Source: Podarcis tiliguerta
Lineage: Eukaryota
NCBI GenBank assembly: GCA_965153285.1
Contig: OZ229116.1
Length of the DNA stretch: 64,000 nucleotides
Reading direction: 5' to 3' (one strand)
The number at the start of each line of letters is the position of its first letter. Position 1 is the stretch's first letter. Shown piece by piece: positions 11,130 to 24,241 of the stretch. The notes beneath the pieces were generated by a model, which was not told where the DNA came from, searched no databases, and worked only from the letters and a program-made list of their open reading frames with translations. Both the position numbers and the translations under genes were made by a program.

Positions 11130-14039
11130 GGTTTTTCTTGGTGTTCTTCTGGTCCTTAAAGCTAGCAGACAGAGTTGAAATGTAGGTGGGATTTTAGAAA
11201 CTAGATGAAGCTGAAGAGGACCAGCACTGGTCCTGGGAAGGGATCAGAGCGTGCGTAATCCCTTGCTCGTCCCCATGACTAGCAGAACAATAACTAATTT
11301 CTGCCGAGTAAATATTTGCACATTGCTTGGCTCTTCTTAATGATGAGTCTTTTAATTCTTTTAGCACAGTATACACACACATTCTCCTGGCATTATATAC
11401 TAGTGGATTTCTGTGGATTTCCTGTTTTCCAGACAAAAGGCTCACTGAAAAAAAATCAAAACACCCTGATAAATATATAGTTTTAGTTATAGTGTGAAAA
11501 CTGGAAGCAGAGGAAGTTGGGAAGCCCTGACTCGGTAGTTGAAAGTCACCAGCTGAGGAGGATTTGATTTCGTGTTTCTGCTGTTAGCACCATTTTGTCA
11601 CCATTGGGGGAATATAGTAGTTAAAAGTTTGTGGAATAAGAATTCCTCTAAATCCCAGCTGTGAAATTTCTCTGCAGGGAACAGAAGTATTTACCACTGG
11701 GCTTATATTCCATCCCTAAGTTCTATCTCAGTATTACATCCATGCACAAACACTTGAATTTTGATTGATATCTTTCGATAGTTCAACATCATGCTGTATT
11801 CTATACGTTACGCACATAATCTGTACAGAATCAGAAAAGAGCTTTTAAGCTTTAACACTCAGGACTAGTTTAAAGCAAATTTGAAAACGCATACTCCCTC
11901 AAATTAGGGAGGTGTGAAATCACCCCTTACTTCTACTTAACAGTAACCAGGAAGGCAAGGATAGAGTCATCCATTTGATAAAGTAAGTTCCATGCAAACT
12001 ATATCCTGTAGTTATACTGGCACAGCTCACATATTATTAGTTTCTGGAAATGGACACTCTTCCTCATCAGTTCCTTCTTCCTCCCTTCAGTTCTCCCCTC
12101 TTCCCATGTACACATTCTGATTTGTCATAAAACATAGTGCTCTGTGGTGTCTGAATCAGGAAAGCCATCGATTCCATCCAGAATTGTTAGAAACCATGGT
12201 TTGAAGAGTCTTTCCGGTTCTGATTTTGTAGCTAATTGTCGTTTGCAGTAACCATTGTTTGCCCAATTTGGATCCCATAGCAAATTATGGAAACTGTGAA
12301 CCAGATAATGAGGAAGCACATGGGCAGAAGGGGAAATATGCAGACCCAAAACATAGTTTGACTGTGATGCATGGACTAGGTTATTTCTGCCCAGTAGAAA
12401 AAGAGGGGTGGCAGATAAGGATTGCTCTTGCCTGTTAAAGACTTTGCATGAGAATTATCTTGCCTTTATTGGCTTCCATTCCATTCATTACTGGGATTTA
12501 TTAGGCAGTTCTTTTCTCCAACTGTGAGCTGTTATGTCTATGCAACTTGTAAATAATACTTCAGTTAATGTGAAGGTTAAAAATTGTGCCAAAAACTCAG
12601 CAAGAGAAACTATTTCATTGTGTCAGAAAATACGAAACCCATCACTTTCATAGGCAGTTATTTACCAAATTGGAATCTTAAAAGGATGGATAAAATGTTA
12701 CTTTATAGATATGTATGTTTGTGAAACAGATAAAAAAGGTTAGTCTGACTTGCTGTAGCTAATGTTACTTGGCACCATTTAGCTACCTTATTTCCTCAGT
12801 ACCCCCAAGCCTGCACTCTTTTCATTATTTAATTCAAAATGACTTTGCTGTGTTATTACTGTAACCTTTAGACTTCTCCCTCCCTATATTTCTGTGCACA
12901 TAAAAGTCCTATATTTAGAACCAGCCATAGGAGTCTAGCATCAGTAAACGCATTTGCAAGTTGGGGACTGTAAGAAGGCATGTCTGTGCTGTGAAATAAA
13001 TAAGCTATTAGCTATGCATTGTGATAATGTATACTTTTAGACCGTATCATTATTTCCTCATTTCCCCATGTTTGTTTGTTTATTGCACGAAGAGAACCAT
13101 TTTTCCTTCTTTTCTAAAAGAGCGCAACTTAAACTATGAAAGAAAATGATTGCTGTGGATAATTTAATGTTGAAATTGTGGTTTCATTGCAGGCTAAACT
13201 TCCTGAAAAATATTAGCCCCATAAAAAGCCCAGTTATGCATTAATTAAAATGATGCTAAGACGTAGATTCTCCTAAATTATTCTAATTTTTATGTGGAGC
13301 AAAGCTAAGGAAAAACACTCTGTGCTGTGTGCACCAAACTGCTCTTTAAAGTAATATCTTTGTATTTTAGTTAGTGCTTGGATGACACAGATGAATATTA
13401 AGTGCATGTGTTGCAAAGGATCATGGGGGCAAAGTTACTATAGTGTTTTCACTAATATATTGTACCCAAATTGATAGTCTTTGATGTTTCCAGCATGCTA
13501 AAGACCAAGTCTGAGGAAGCTATTTGGGATTTCAAAGAACTTGGATAAAGTTACACAGCAGGGCTGGAAATCTCCTTGAATTTTGTGTTGCAAGTGGACA
13601 AAGACATAGTTTCAGTGCATTTATTAGGCCCCTGCTGTAGAAGCAAGGAACAATAAACCATCTTTTTTAAGTTAGGAGATTTTTGGAACAAGTTCCTCTA
13701 ATAAATCCTGGGTTAAAAAAGAGTAGAACGTGCTATAGTTCCAAAGTTGTTTATTCATCTGGAATGTATTAGGATCCTGATTAATAAGAAGACATCTGCA
13801 GTTTTACATAAAAAGCAGAGAGGACAGTTTGGCAATTGTAAATGGAAATGGAAAAATAAAAAACCAGATACTCAACAATATTGCTTTCCAGCTTTTATTT
13901 TTACTGGTGATTACTTGAGGTATAACTCCTTTGCAGCAGCAACAACAACAGCAGCAGCAGTGAAAAGGTGGGGGAAGTAGATCCAGAGAATTCAAATATG
14001 GTGGAGAGCAAGGCTAATGAGAGTAAATCAGTATTAGGG

Positions 14040-14162
14040 TAAGGTTACCAGATTTTTTTCAATGAATCCAGGGACATTTTTCAATTTCAATGGATTTTGT
14101 ATGGGGACTGGTTTGTAAATCCGGGGACTGTCCCCAGGAAACGGGGATGTCTGGTAACCTTA
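14040..14162. mobile_element. hAT (Tip100-like) MITE, 123 bp
   Basis: Perfect 13-bp TIR taaggttaccaga / tctggtaacctta. Perfect 8-bp TSD tattaggg at 14032-14039 and 14163-14170. Confidence 0.93.
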
Positions 14163-14404
14163 TATTAGGGGCCTATGAGGAGGAGGAGGAGGAAAACAAA
14201 ACCCAAACACATCCTTCATCCACATGACAGCAAACAACGCCACTCCCTGTCCCCAGACTTTGGCCAGCAACCCCACACCCTGTCGCCCCCAACCCTGTAT
14301 AGCATTTGAATCTGCTGAATTACAGCTCACTAGGCATTTTTAGATACATGTCCCTCATTCCTCTCCTTCTTTTCTCCTGTTGAACTCTTCAGGGGATTAT
14401 AGGG

Positions 14405-14845
14405 ATACCTCCCAACATTTATTTCTCCGATGAAAATAGGGAATGTCCTATTCAATAGTGACAACAACAACAATTTTATTATTTATATCCCACCCACCTG
14501 ACTAGGTTGCCCCAGCCACTCTGGGTGGCTTCCAACATAATAAAACATTAAACATTGAAAAACTTCCCTATACAGGCCTACCTTCAGATGTCTTCTAAAG
14601 GTTGCATAGTTACCTATCTCCTTGGCTCGAGGGTTGCATAACTCCACATATACCCTCCAACATTTCTCCCATGAAAATAGGGACATCCTAAGGAAAAGCA
14701 GGACATTCCAGGATCAAATCAGAAACTGAGTTGACTTCTGTAAATCCGCAGAAGTTTGTTTTGGTTCTTATTTTTATCATGTATTTTGTGTTTTTGTATT
14801 GTGATTTTGTGTTGTGGACCACCCTGAGATCTCTGGGTATCTACA
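14405..14845. repeat. Composite interspersed repeat (duplicated DNA-transposon-like end with LINE-tail-like segments)
   Basis: Direct repeat atacc(t/c)..caacattt..ctcc..atgaaaatagggA..tccta at 14405-14450 and 14650-14690. The segment ggttgccccagccactc (14505-14521) recurs inverted near 16740-16756. Confidence 0.55.
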
Positions 14846-17631
14846 ATGAGGGGAAATAGTCCTAAAAGGAAGGATGGTGGCAGGACCACGCATACCCATA
14901 GGAATATTCCACCCACACCCTGTTTTCAGAGAGCATTCTGCACTTTTAATGTCCCTCATAATGCCTGTTCCCCCATGGAGGAAGCCTGGGTACAAACCAT
15001 GCTGAAGTCCCTCTTGTCTACAAGGCACCATAGTACTGGTATTTTGATCTTTTGATAAAGAGCAGTATAAATAGATAGAGAGATAGATAGATAAATGTCA
15101 CCTGTACTGTGACATCTTTCTTTATCGCACAACTCTGTGCTACAGTTTATTGTAGTTAGCTGTAATTGCACTGGAAGTGGGTGATATTTTCTTGGTAGGT
15201 TCATCTGAAAGATGCACAAAGCAGGTTGTCCAAGAACATCATAATCTTGACAACAAAGCTGTTTTTCATTTGTTCAATTAATTCAGCGTCTTTGGAATAG
15301 AATATGGCTTAATCTTTTTTCAGTGCTGTGTGTCCGGAGATTTTTAGAAAAAGAAAAAGAAAAAGAAAAAGTGGAGATGTGCATACTTTTTCTAGTCCTA
15401 AATGTTTCCAAATCATTCATAAATTAGATTGCACAAATTAGAATAGACTTAAAAGCTGGATTTTCATTTGTCAGTGCATATAGTAACTGCACTTGAGTAA
15501 TGGTCCACAGGACTTTAAAAATCATCTCTTATGGACTTAAAAAAAGATTTATCTTATCTTTATTACACACATTTCCCAAAACAACTCTGTTGCAGGAACT
15601 GCCACAACTTACAATGCCACTAGAACCAACCTGTTCACAGGTAAAAGTGAACTGCGCTGTGAATCTTTTAATTCTTAAGGATGAAGCCATTCTGCAAAGA
15701 AATGTGATGAATGACAAGGGGAGAAGGTCATTGGAAAGAAGCCATTGGTCCTCAGAAATAGGGAATAAAGATCTTTTCTGGCTGGGAAGCTGTCTTTATA
15801 CAGTCCAAGCACAAATTTAGAAGAAAGCAATTTCACTACCGCATGATAGCTTTAATTCAGTGATTTTAGTTATCATCTAGGTACATATTTTATTAGTGAA
15901 AATAAAAGCATTGTCACCAATGTGATATACAAATTGATGCTTATTTGGAAACTATTTAGGGATAAAAGTAAACAAAGGTTATTGTATAAATACAGGGTGT
16001 TACACATTACATGTTTAGAAGCTGGCAGTTCTAAGCAGTCGGAAACATTATAATTTCAGCAAAGAGAATGATAATGTTAATTCAGTGCCAAGACAGTCTG
16101 TAGCAATTCATCAACATTCTATTCAGAAAAAAGCAGATTCTTGCCAAAAAAATATTATGAACATGGATAAATAGGCTTTTTAAAATAATTAGACATATTC
16201 AAGGAGCATAGATGTATTAGTGGCTGTTAGCCATTATATTTAGACAAGAACCTCACATTTGCAGACATTGTATCTCAGACTAATAGAAAGGATAAAGGAT
16301 AAATAACTACTGGTGTTAGATCTATGGTTAACATACTCAGAGGCTAAGAACGTAAAGCAAAGATAACCCTCAGCTTGTGGAGCATATCCCTGAATATGCC
16401 CAGTTGTGGGAGCTTATGGATTTTGTGGCTGTGCAGAGCAAATTTTGCAACTTCTAGAATGTGTTGTCATAGGACACCTCACCCTTCCTACCCATTTCCG
16501 TTTTGACCACAACAGTGGTAGCATCTCTACAAATTTGAACTACGACTTTTCTTCCATTTCCCCCCTTCAATATCCATCTCTCTTCTCCAGTACTTTTCAT
16601 TTCATTTATATTTATAATTGTTTTGTTTTGTGTTTCTTTTGTTAACTCCCCACCAGTGGGCACCTTTGCCATTCTTCAGCGAGAAGCAGTGGCATAATAG
16701 GCACTTTCTCAAAAGCACTTTACTGCGGCGAGCTGCCCCGAGTGGCTGGGGCAACCCAATTGGATGGTCAGCATAATTGATCATCATCACCACCGTCTGC
16801 CAGTGATGGACATGACCACTGCCTCCTCTGCCTTGGGAGGATTTTGTAGCAATCCCATCCCATTGCTGCTGGTTCATTGGACAGGGATTCCAAAAATCAC
16901 TTGCAACAGTGGCATTTATATGTTTATTTGTACCTTTAACATAAATTTATGTCCCTAGTCTAGGTTACTGAGTTCTAAGAAATAAAACTGTGCAATTTAC
17001 TATAAAGCAGACAAACTAATACAGAAAATTCAAATAAACTCAAACAGCAATAGCTGATTCACATGGTGGGGAGGCGGCCTGGTAAAACTATAATGGTTTT
17101 GCCTGGCTTCTAAATGGGAATAATGAGGGCTCTATGCAGTCTTCCTTGAGGAGAGAATACCAGTACAAAAAAGGTTCTCCAATCACCGTTACACACTACA
17201 CTTTAGATAGCAAGGGCACATGGAGAAAGTGTCAGATGACAATCTCAGTGGACAGATAAAGGAGAAGGTGGTTCTACAGATAGCAGGGTCTTAAGCCACA
17301 CAGGGCTTTAAAGGTTAAGACTAGCCCTTGGTTTGGAAACTTAATGGGGCCCAATGGAGTTGCTTCAATACAGTCCAAGATGCGATCTCTGTTAGCAAGC
17401 TTGCTTCCCTGTCCAGGATTTCTGAACTATCTTCAAAGGCAGCCCCATGTACAAGAACATTGCAGTATCCAACTTTGTAGTTACCAAGACATGAATAATG
17501 GTGGCTAAGATATCTCTGGGCAGGAAAATTGTGGTGTCAACTAAAAGAAGTTCTATCACACCACTGAGGCTACTTGGGTAGATAAAGGGAAATTTATTAG
17601 CATTCCTGACAGCACACTTGATACTTTAGAA

Positions 17632-17763
17632 AGGGATGGAGAAACGGTGACCATTCAGATGCTGGACTATAGCACTCATCATCCTTGATCATTGGCCATG
17701 CTGACTGTGACTGATGTAAGTAGGAATTCCAACAACATCTGAAAGCTTGGGTTCTCCATCTCT
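17632..17763. mobile_element. Short palindromic hAT-Charlie-like MITE, degraded
   Basis: cagatgctggactatagcactcatcatcc ... ttccaacaacatctg. Same family as 30449-30586. Confidence 0.65.
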
Positions 17764-17875
17764 TCTTTCAAGAGAGGATAGTTTCTTTCATAATTGAATG
17801 AGCACCACCTTCTGTATGCAAACAGTATCTCTGTCTTATCAGGACTGAGTTTAATTTATCAACATTCATTCAGTA

Positions 17876-18101
17876 CAGTGGTACCTCGGGTTACATACGC
17901 TTCAGGTTACATACTCCGCTAACCCAGAAATAGTGCTTCAGGTTAAGAACTTTACTTCAGGATAAGAACAGAAATCGTCCTCTGGTGGTGCAGCAGCAGC
18001 AGGAGGCCCCATTAGCTAAAGTGGTGCTTCAGGTTAAGAATAGTTTCAGGTTAAGAACAGACCTCCGGAACGAATTAAGTACTTAACCCGAGGTACCACT
18101 G
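17876..18101. mobile_element. Tigger/pogo-like MITE, family A, nested in L2
   Basis: TA then cagtggtacctcgggtta, ending taacccgaggtaccactg then TA (18-bp perfect TIR). Confidence 0.95.
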
Positions 18102-21100
18102 TACATTATTGTTCCCAAAGACCAGATGTATAGTTGAAAACCTTGCAAAGCTGGGTGTTATCAGCATAGCAATGATTTCCAAATCCATATCCTCTGATAA
18201 CTTTATTCAGTGGTTTCATATAAAATGTTGAGCAACATTGGAGACAGAATGGATCCATGAAGGACTACATGTCATAAATGCCCCGACATTGAACTTTCTG
18301 GATGCCACCCTCCAACTAGAAGTGGGACCACTGAAAAATGATGTCTCCACCCCCCAAATAAGGGAGCTTATCTGGAAGAATATCCTGGCCAATGGAACCA
18401 AACACTGCTGAGAGATCCAGTAGACTAAAAAGCGTTGCATTCCCTCCCCTCAGTACAGGTGATCCAATATGAGCGAATGGGGCAGCTTCAGTTCCAAATT
18501 TGGGCTGGAATGCAAATTGAAATGGATCCAGAGAATCAGGTTTATCCAATCATACTTAAAGTTGGATGGCAACCACTCAATTCAACCTTGCCCAAGTCAG
18601 GGATATTGATGTCTGACATGTAGTTCTTTCAATCTTCTGAGTCCAAGGAGGCTTTCTTCAGGATTGGTCTTACCACTGCTTTGTTCAAGAACGTCAGGAC
18701 CCAGTTTGTAAGACCCTCCCTGCTAAATTCAATGATTCATGAAGGGATTGTGTGACCTTTCAGCAGTGGATACTTAGGCCAACATCCCAAAAGCCTTATG
18801 GGCAGCACGACTCTACCTTGGTTCTGTCCATATTGTTATTGATGGTGTAATCCATTTCTGCAAATTGAGCAGTTATCAGTGCTATAGTGGTCTCTTGTAG
18901 CCTAATTTTAACACTGCCCTACATAACCTCACCTTTGTTATCTGGTGTGACTGTAAATATCTCTGTATTGATGACCTCAATATTGATGCTGGATCCAGAA
19001 CACTCTGTGGAGGCCTTTCTGCCAATACCTGGCTAAGATAATGAACTGGTTTGTTAGGCCCAGAAACTCAGAAAAAATAAGCTACTTCTAAGAAGCCAAA
19101 GAAGAGAAAGAAAATTGGTGAAATTGGGATAAGCTAATATCTTAGGACCAGTCAGTTGAGACTTCTGACTCAGCTTGTACCTAATGCTCAGGCTCACCCC
19201 TTACCTATTTTGGAGACGTCAAAGCAACCAATTCCCATTTTGGCACCTGGTCCGGGACAGGATTCTCTAGACCAGGACACTGGCCTCTGAAGGGAAGATC
19301 GGGTCCATGCTGAAAATGGAAGGTAGTTAATACTTGCATGTACTCTGGTCCTGACAAAAATCACACACCCTGAAGCTACTGTTTAGCTTCCTTGTGCAGA
19401 AGACATGGAAACCCCTAAAGAGGGGATTTCAGTGTTTGATAGAACCAAATGCCTCCTATCTGCCAGCTCTTTCTGGTTCTCACATGGAAGAGCTTACTTC
19501 ATGTCCAGGACAAGATAACAGACTGCAGCCTCTTATTGGATGTGAATGCTCACCTGGGCCTCTCCTGCCACTCCTGCACTTGAAAACAGAAGACTTTGCC
19601 ACTTCTAGTTTACCTGAATATATTTTGAGGAATGGAATTACAAATCTGTTGGCTTGGAAAGGCTATCACAGTTACCTGGTATGAGAGTAAGGCTCCTCCA
19701 TATACAGGCATTAACCATACTGTAGACTGAATTATCAGTAGAATAGAACGTAACAAAGAATGCAGCCACCATGTCACACTAATTCTCTTAACTTTACTCT
19801 TTGGCATATCATTGGAAGATTACAGGTACGTGTTACGTATATACACATAGTCTTTTGGGAATGTACATAGTTAAGCCTTTGATGGTAACAATACATTATT
19901 CTATAAAATGCAGTACATCTGCATTACTATATCTAGAATATTGCCTGAATATTGTCAACCACCACCCCCCCAATGTATTTCATGATACTTACATCTGGTT
20001 GAAAGTTGTGAAACTGCTCCAATAAAAAAGGAAGGTTTTTTAAAAAGCATAGCAATTGTTTATCATTGCAAACACATCAATGTTACCTCACTATGTTTAC
20101 TATGCAAATATTGGTATGATATATACTCTCCCCCGCCCCCACCCAAAAAAAGCCCCACATCTTGTAACTTGTGTTCTTAAGGGTGGGGGGGGTGTGGAAT
20201 CCCACACCAGGAACAGAACACTTAGAAACAAACTAGTTCCCTCCACAGGGCAGTACAGGATGATATGAAAACAAGCATATGTTGACAGTTAGGAAACAAA
20301 AGCCAAGTATTCACAAGAATAAAAAGTCAGGGAGTGTATAAGCTTTCAGCAGCCATTCCACTCTCTAAATAGCAAAGCCAGTAGCATACCACCAGCAGCA
20401 CTATGACTACTGTTTAATGCCAACAGTGTCCTAGACCTCTTACAGAATATAGAAAGCCCTAAGGGCTATCAGTGTGCATACTACTACCCGAAGAGTTTGA
20501 AGTCCAGACTGAAATAGAACAAACCCTGGAAAAAAAACCAACCAAGAGCTTGTTTTAATGAGCACATGTCTAAAGTAGCAGCGGGAATTGTGAAACACTC
20601 CGTGTGTAGCCCAACTCTGTTTTCAGACTTGCATAGACTTAGCAGTGGTTAACTGTAGCATTTCCTTCCATAGTTTTTGCTCAAGAAGATCAAAAGAGTA
20701 ACACCTACTTCCACTGTAGCTCAAAATGACCTGTGTTCTCAGTCTTACTTTGGCAGCTGTTTTCACTTAGGTACCATTTGATATTTGAGGTTCCTGTCAC
20801 CACACCTTAATTCAATAGAAGATTGAGCCTGTTCAGTGTTGGGCCTCTCAGTGTGTTGTGTGTGTATTTATATGTGTATATGTGTGTGTATATATATGTG
20901 TGTGTGTGTGTATGTTTCTGTTTTCGGTGTGTGGTACTCAGTGAAGCTTTTCCTCAGAGTACACCCACTGGAATTAACGGACCTTAATTAGCCAAGATCA
21001 TTCATTTCCATAAGTCTTCTCTGATACCACCCTATATCTTTATTTGCCCATATTGTCCTTTGCAGCATGGGAGGTGCTAAGCTGTGCTCCTTCCTGCTCT

Positions 21101-22150
21101 GTGAAGCCCAGGTCAGATGTGAGGGGCATATACTGTCATTCCTCCCCACGCCTGTGTCACCTCAGTTTCTGGAACCTGTTGGAAGGAAAGAAGCCATGCA
21201 CCCAGCGAATTCTGAGCATGGGGCTCTACCACTGTTATTTATGCAATTGTTAGTGCTAGATTCCCACCACTGCAAAGTACTTCTAAATGAGCTTCACTTG
21301 AAATAGATCCAGAGGCGAAAACAGGTGCAGAATGTGGCTGTTCTCTCTCAAGATAGGAGCAAGCAGGATATTTGGAATCTGATATGTCAGAAAATACAAT
21401 TCAAAGCCTCAGAGTATTAAGCCTTTCAAATGCTAGGCCCGTGTTTGTGCTCAGTGGGCTCCTGCTGTTTGTCCCTTCCTGGTAGCTGCTGTCAGCTGGG
21501 TCAAATCTGGTCTGATCAGGAACAGGCCAGGGGCAAATTTTTCTTGTTCTCAGTTGCGTAGCTCCCTCCCTGAGGTGAGCTGCCAGAGCCCCTTGCTGGC
21601 TGCCTCCAAGGCATGCTCCAAGTCCTGTTTATTTCAGTTGGCCTACCCTTCACTGCTTTATGGGCTCCCTTTGCTTTTGCATCTGCTACCCTTTTGTCCT
21701 GTCCCCCCCTTTTCCTCAAACTGGTTTGCAAAATGGGATTTGTATTTGGGTGGGGAGAGATAGGAAGCTGTTGTAAATCTGTGTTCCACAAGGGTAGCCG
21801 GTTTGTTTAGTACTCTGGGGCTGCATTAGAAATGTCCAGTGCTGGAGGGCCACTCTTAATTTTCACATTTACATTGCCCATTATTAATGTAATATGCATA
21901 TCTTATTCATGTGAATAACAATGAGCTTAATACACAGCAGTTGCTGAAAACATATTAAAATTGGGCTTGCTTTTTGCCTGAATCCAATACCTTGTTCTCT
22001 TAACAACTCGCCATCATATCTTCAGATTTACCTATGCAACCTAAAACATAGAATTAGTGTTTCCTTCACAGAAGTAACAACTTGGTGTATTTAGCAGTTC
22101 CTTGATGTGTGCAATCGTAGCAAAAGCACACATTTTGCATTTCCTACATG

Positions 22151-22290
22151 GATAGTGTTGCCATATTTCAAAAAGTAGAAGCCAGGACACCCTGAAAGTT
22201 GTTGAGCTTCTTTTGGAAAGACCTTAAAATTGTTTTTTTTTTAACTTGCCTAAGGGAAAATGACACATGAAAGTTGATTTTTCAGGGTCT
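22151..22290. mobile_element. hAT-like (Tip100) fragment
   Basis: tagtgttgccatatttcaaaaagtagaagccaggacac terminus. The motif aaagttgttgag also occurs in tandem at ~35264-35314. Confidence 0.45.
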
Positions 22291-22691
22291 CTAAGACTCA
22301 CCTAAATGTCTTGCAGCAACAAGCACCCCAAAATGGTTTACTGCGTTACCTTTAATTTTTCTGATTTTTGATTTTCTGCTTCTTCTTTTTAACTTTTCGT
22401 TGCAATGTTTTATGTTTTTATTTGTATTTTTTAAATATCCTATACATGTAGGATCAGGGCAGGATTCAACTAATGAGTCCTGTCAGTGGAAGCCTGGGCC
22501 AGGCCTTCCGCTTGGGCAGTGCAGCTTTCTCCATCTTCTCTCCCCTGTGTGCCCCACAGAATTGGCTCAAGGGGTCAGGAGAACCAGCAGAACAGCTTGC
22601 AGTTGTAGAAGAGGGTGGGTTGTTCTGCCCTGACAGAACAATCACCATATCATAATATGGAATCCCTCCCCCAGTGTCTTAAAAGAGACTA

Positions 22692-22909
22692 CAGTGGTAC
22701 TTTGGGTTACAGATGCTTCAGGTTACAGACTCCACTAACCCAGAAATAGTACCTCGGGTTAAGAACTTTGCTTCAGGATGAGAACAGAAATTGTGCGGCG
22801 GCAGCAGCGAGAAGCCCCGTTAGCTAAAGCGGTGCTTCAGGTTAAGAACAGTTTCAAGTTAAGAATGGACCTCCAGAATGAATTAAGTTCTTAACCCGAG
22901 GTACCACTG
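22692..22909. mobile_element. Tigger/pogo-like MITE, family A
   Basis: TA then cagtggtactttgggtta, ending taacccgaggtaccactg then TA. Homologous to 17876-18101. Confidence 0.95.
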
Positions 22910-23800
22910 TACTAGTTGATATTAGTTCTCTTTTAAACTAAATTCACTTCCAGGGCCTAACTGCAGTTGCAGTTTCAAATGACTGTGGAGAAGTGTAGGA
23001 CATGGCCATGCAATGAGATAAAACTGGAAAATACTTAAAGAGTATTTTAGTCATATGCAGATACAGGTAAGCACACACTTCACTGCTTGATTAAAACAGA
23101 TTAGTTCATCCTACAGTGAGATCTATAAACCTGCAACTGAAAAACACAAAATGTGATGTTCTATGCCCTCGTCCATCAAGTATGCATTTCATTGTTCCAG
23201 TTAGAGTGAATGCCCATATCTCTCAAGCTGTTCTTTGCTGTTCTTGTTTAAAAAAGTAGCTCCACACCATACCATATAGTCAATAAGAAATACAACCTTT
23301 GCATTACCTAATAGGCAAACTGTTATTTAGTTTCAGCAATAGATCAAGCATTTGGACGCTGCTGTGGGGAATGGTGAAGTCCAGTATCAACAAAACACAA
23401 TTCAGAATGAGTGCAGAGTCAGGAAATTTTGTACAACAGATAATAAAATAGTGGAAACAAGGAAGGATTAATATTACATGATTCTTCTGACAAGGCAGCT
23501 GCAGTCAAATCCACTACAGACCTGTGAGGCAGGATAAAAAAGCTCAGGAAATAAGGTTAGTAGCATTGTCATGTGGTGGTCTGCCAACTGACCACTTTAA
23601 TTGAATTTAGGTAAAGTATATAAATATGATCCTAAACAATAATATGTTTTAAGTTGTTAAGTTGCTGCTAGTTTGTCTTCTGATTTGGACGTAAGCACCC
23701 AATTGATCCAGTACCTATTTTAGGGGTGATTCGGTTCTCTTTGGTTCACCTTTGGGATTATTATTTTGGATTCTCTTCAGGTTTGGTATTATGTGTTAAA

Positions 23801-23933
23801 CCATCCTTCCGCAATCTGGTGTCCTCCGGATGTTTTGGACTACAACACCCATCAGCCCTAGTCAGCATTGTTAGTAGATCATGGGAGTTGTAGTCCAATG
23901 AGAGCTGGAGGGTACTGTGTTGCAGAAGGCTAG
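23801..23933. mobile_element. Short palindromic hAT-like MITE
   Basis: Inverted pair ttggactacaacacccat and atgggagttgtagtccaa. Termini ccatccttccgcaa and ttgcagaaggctag. Confidence 0.75.
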
Positions 23934-24217
23934 ATTAATGCATAATTTCAAACTATATATTAATCTGACCACAGTCTTTCAGTTTTTGGATAGGCCTTTG
24001 TAGTACCAGGGGATGGTACTGTTGTCATACCCCGCCCCCACTTTGTATATACCAGGTTCCTAAGTATGAAGACTCCTAGAAATTAGATATCATCAATCAT
24101 GGCAAATTGCAATTTTAAAATATTATTAAAAATGTGGCAATTACATCAGCCTGGCCTTGTGAAACAGTAAAGTTATTAATCAGTTGAATAATCCACATTA
24201 ATCAGCACTGTCTAACA

Positions 24218-24241
24218 ACACACACACACACACACACACAC
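24218..24241. repeat. (AC)n microsatellite
   Basis: Directly visible. Confidence 0.95.

Larger units (their letters stand above)
16910..18720 (-). mobile_element. Degraded L2 LINE (RT domain to 3' end), interrupted by younger elements
   Basis: Minus ORF 18316-18549 reads LDPFQFAFQPKFGTEAA...LLDLSAVF, an RT motif. Reverse of a GSILSPMLL and YAD-like region at ~18150-18270. LVTTKLDT-like and YMGLPLK segments at ~17430-17490. Boundaries approximate. Confidence 0.8.

Noticed and set aside
16690-16725. Two GCACTTT motifs (AAAGTGC on the minus strand, miR-17/302-like seed)
   Set aside because: No pre-miRNA hairpin is evident, and the site is intronic and beside a repeat fragment.
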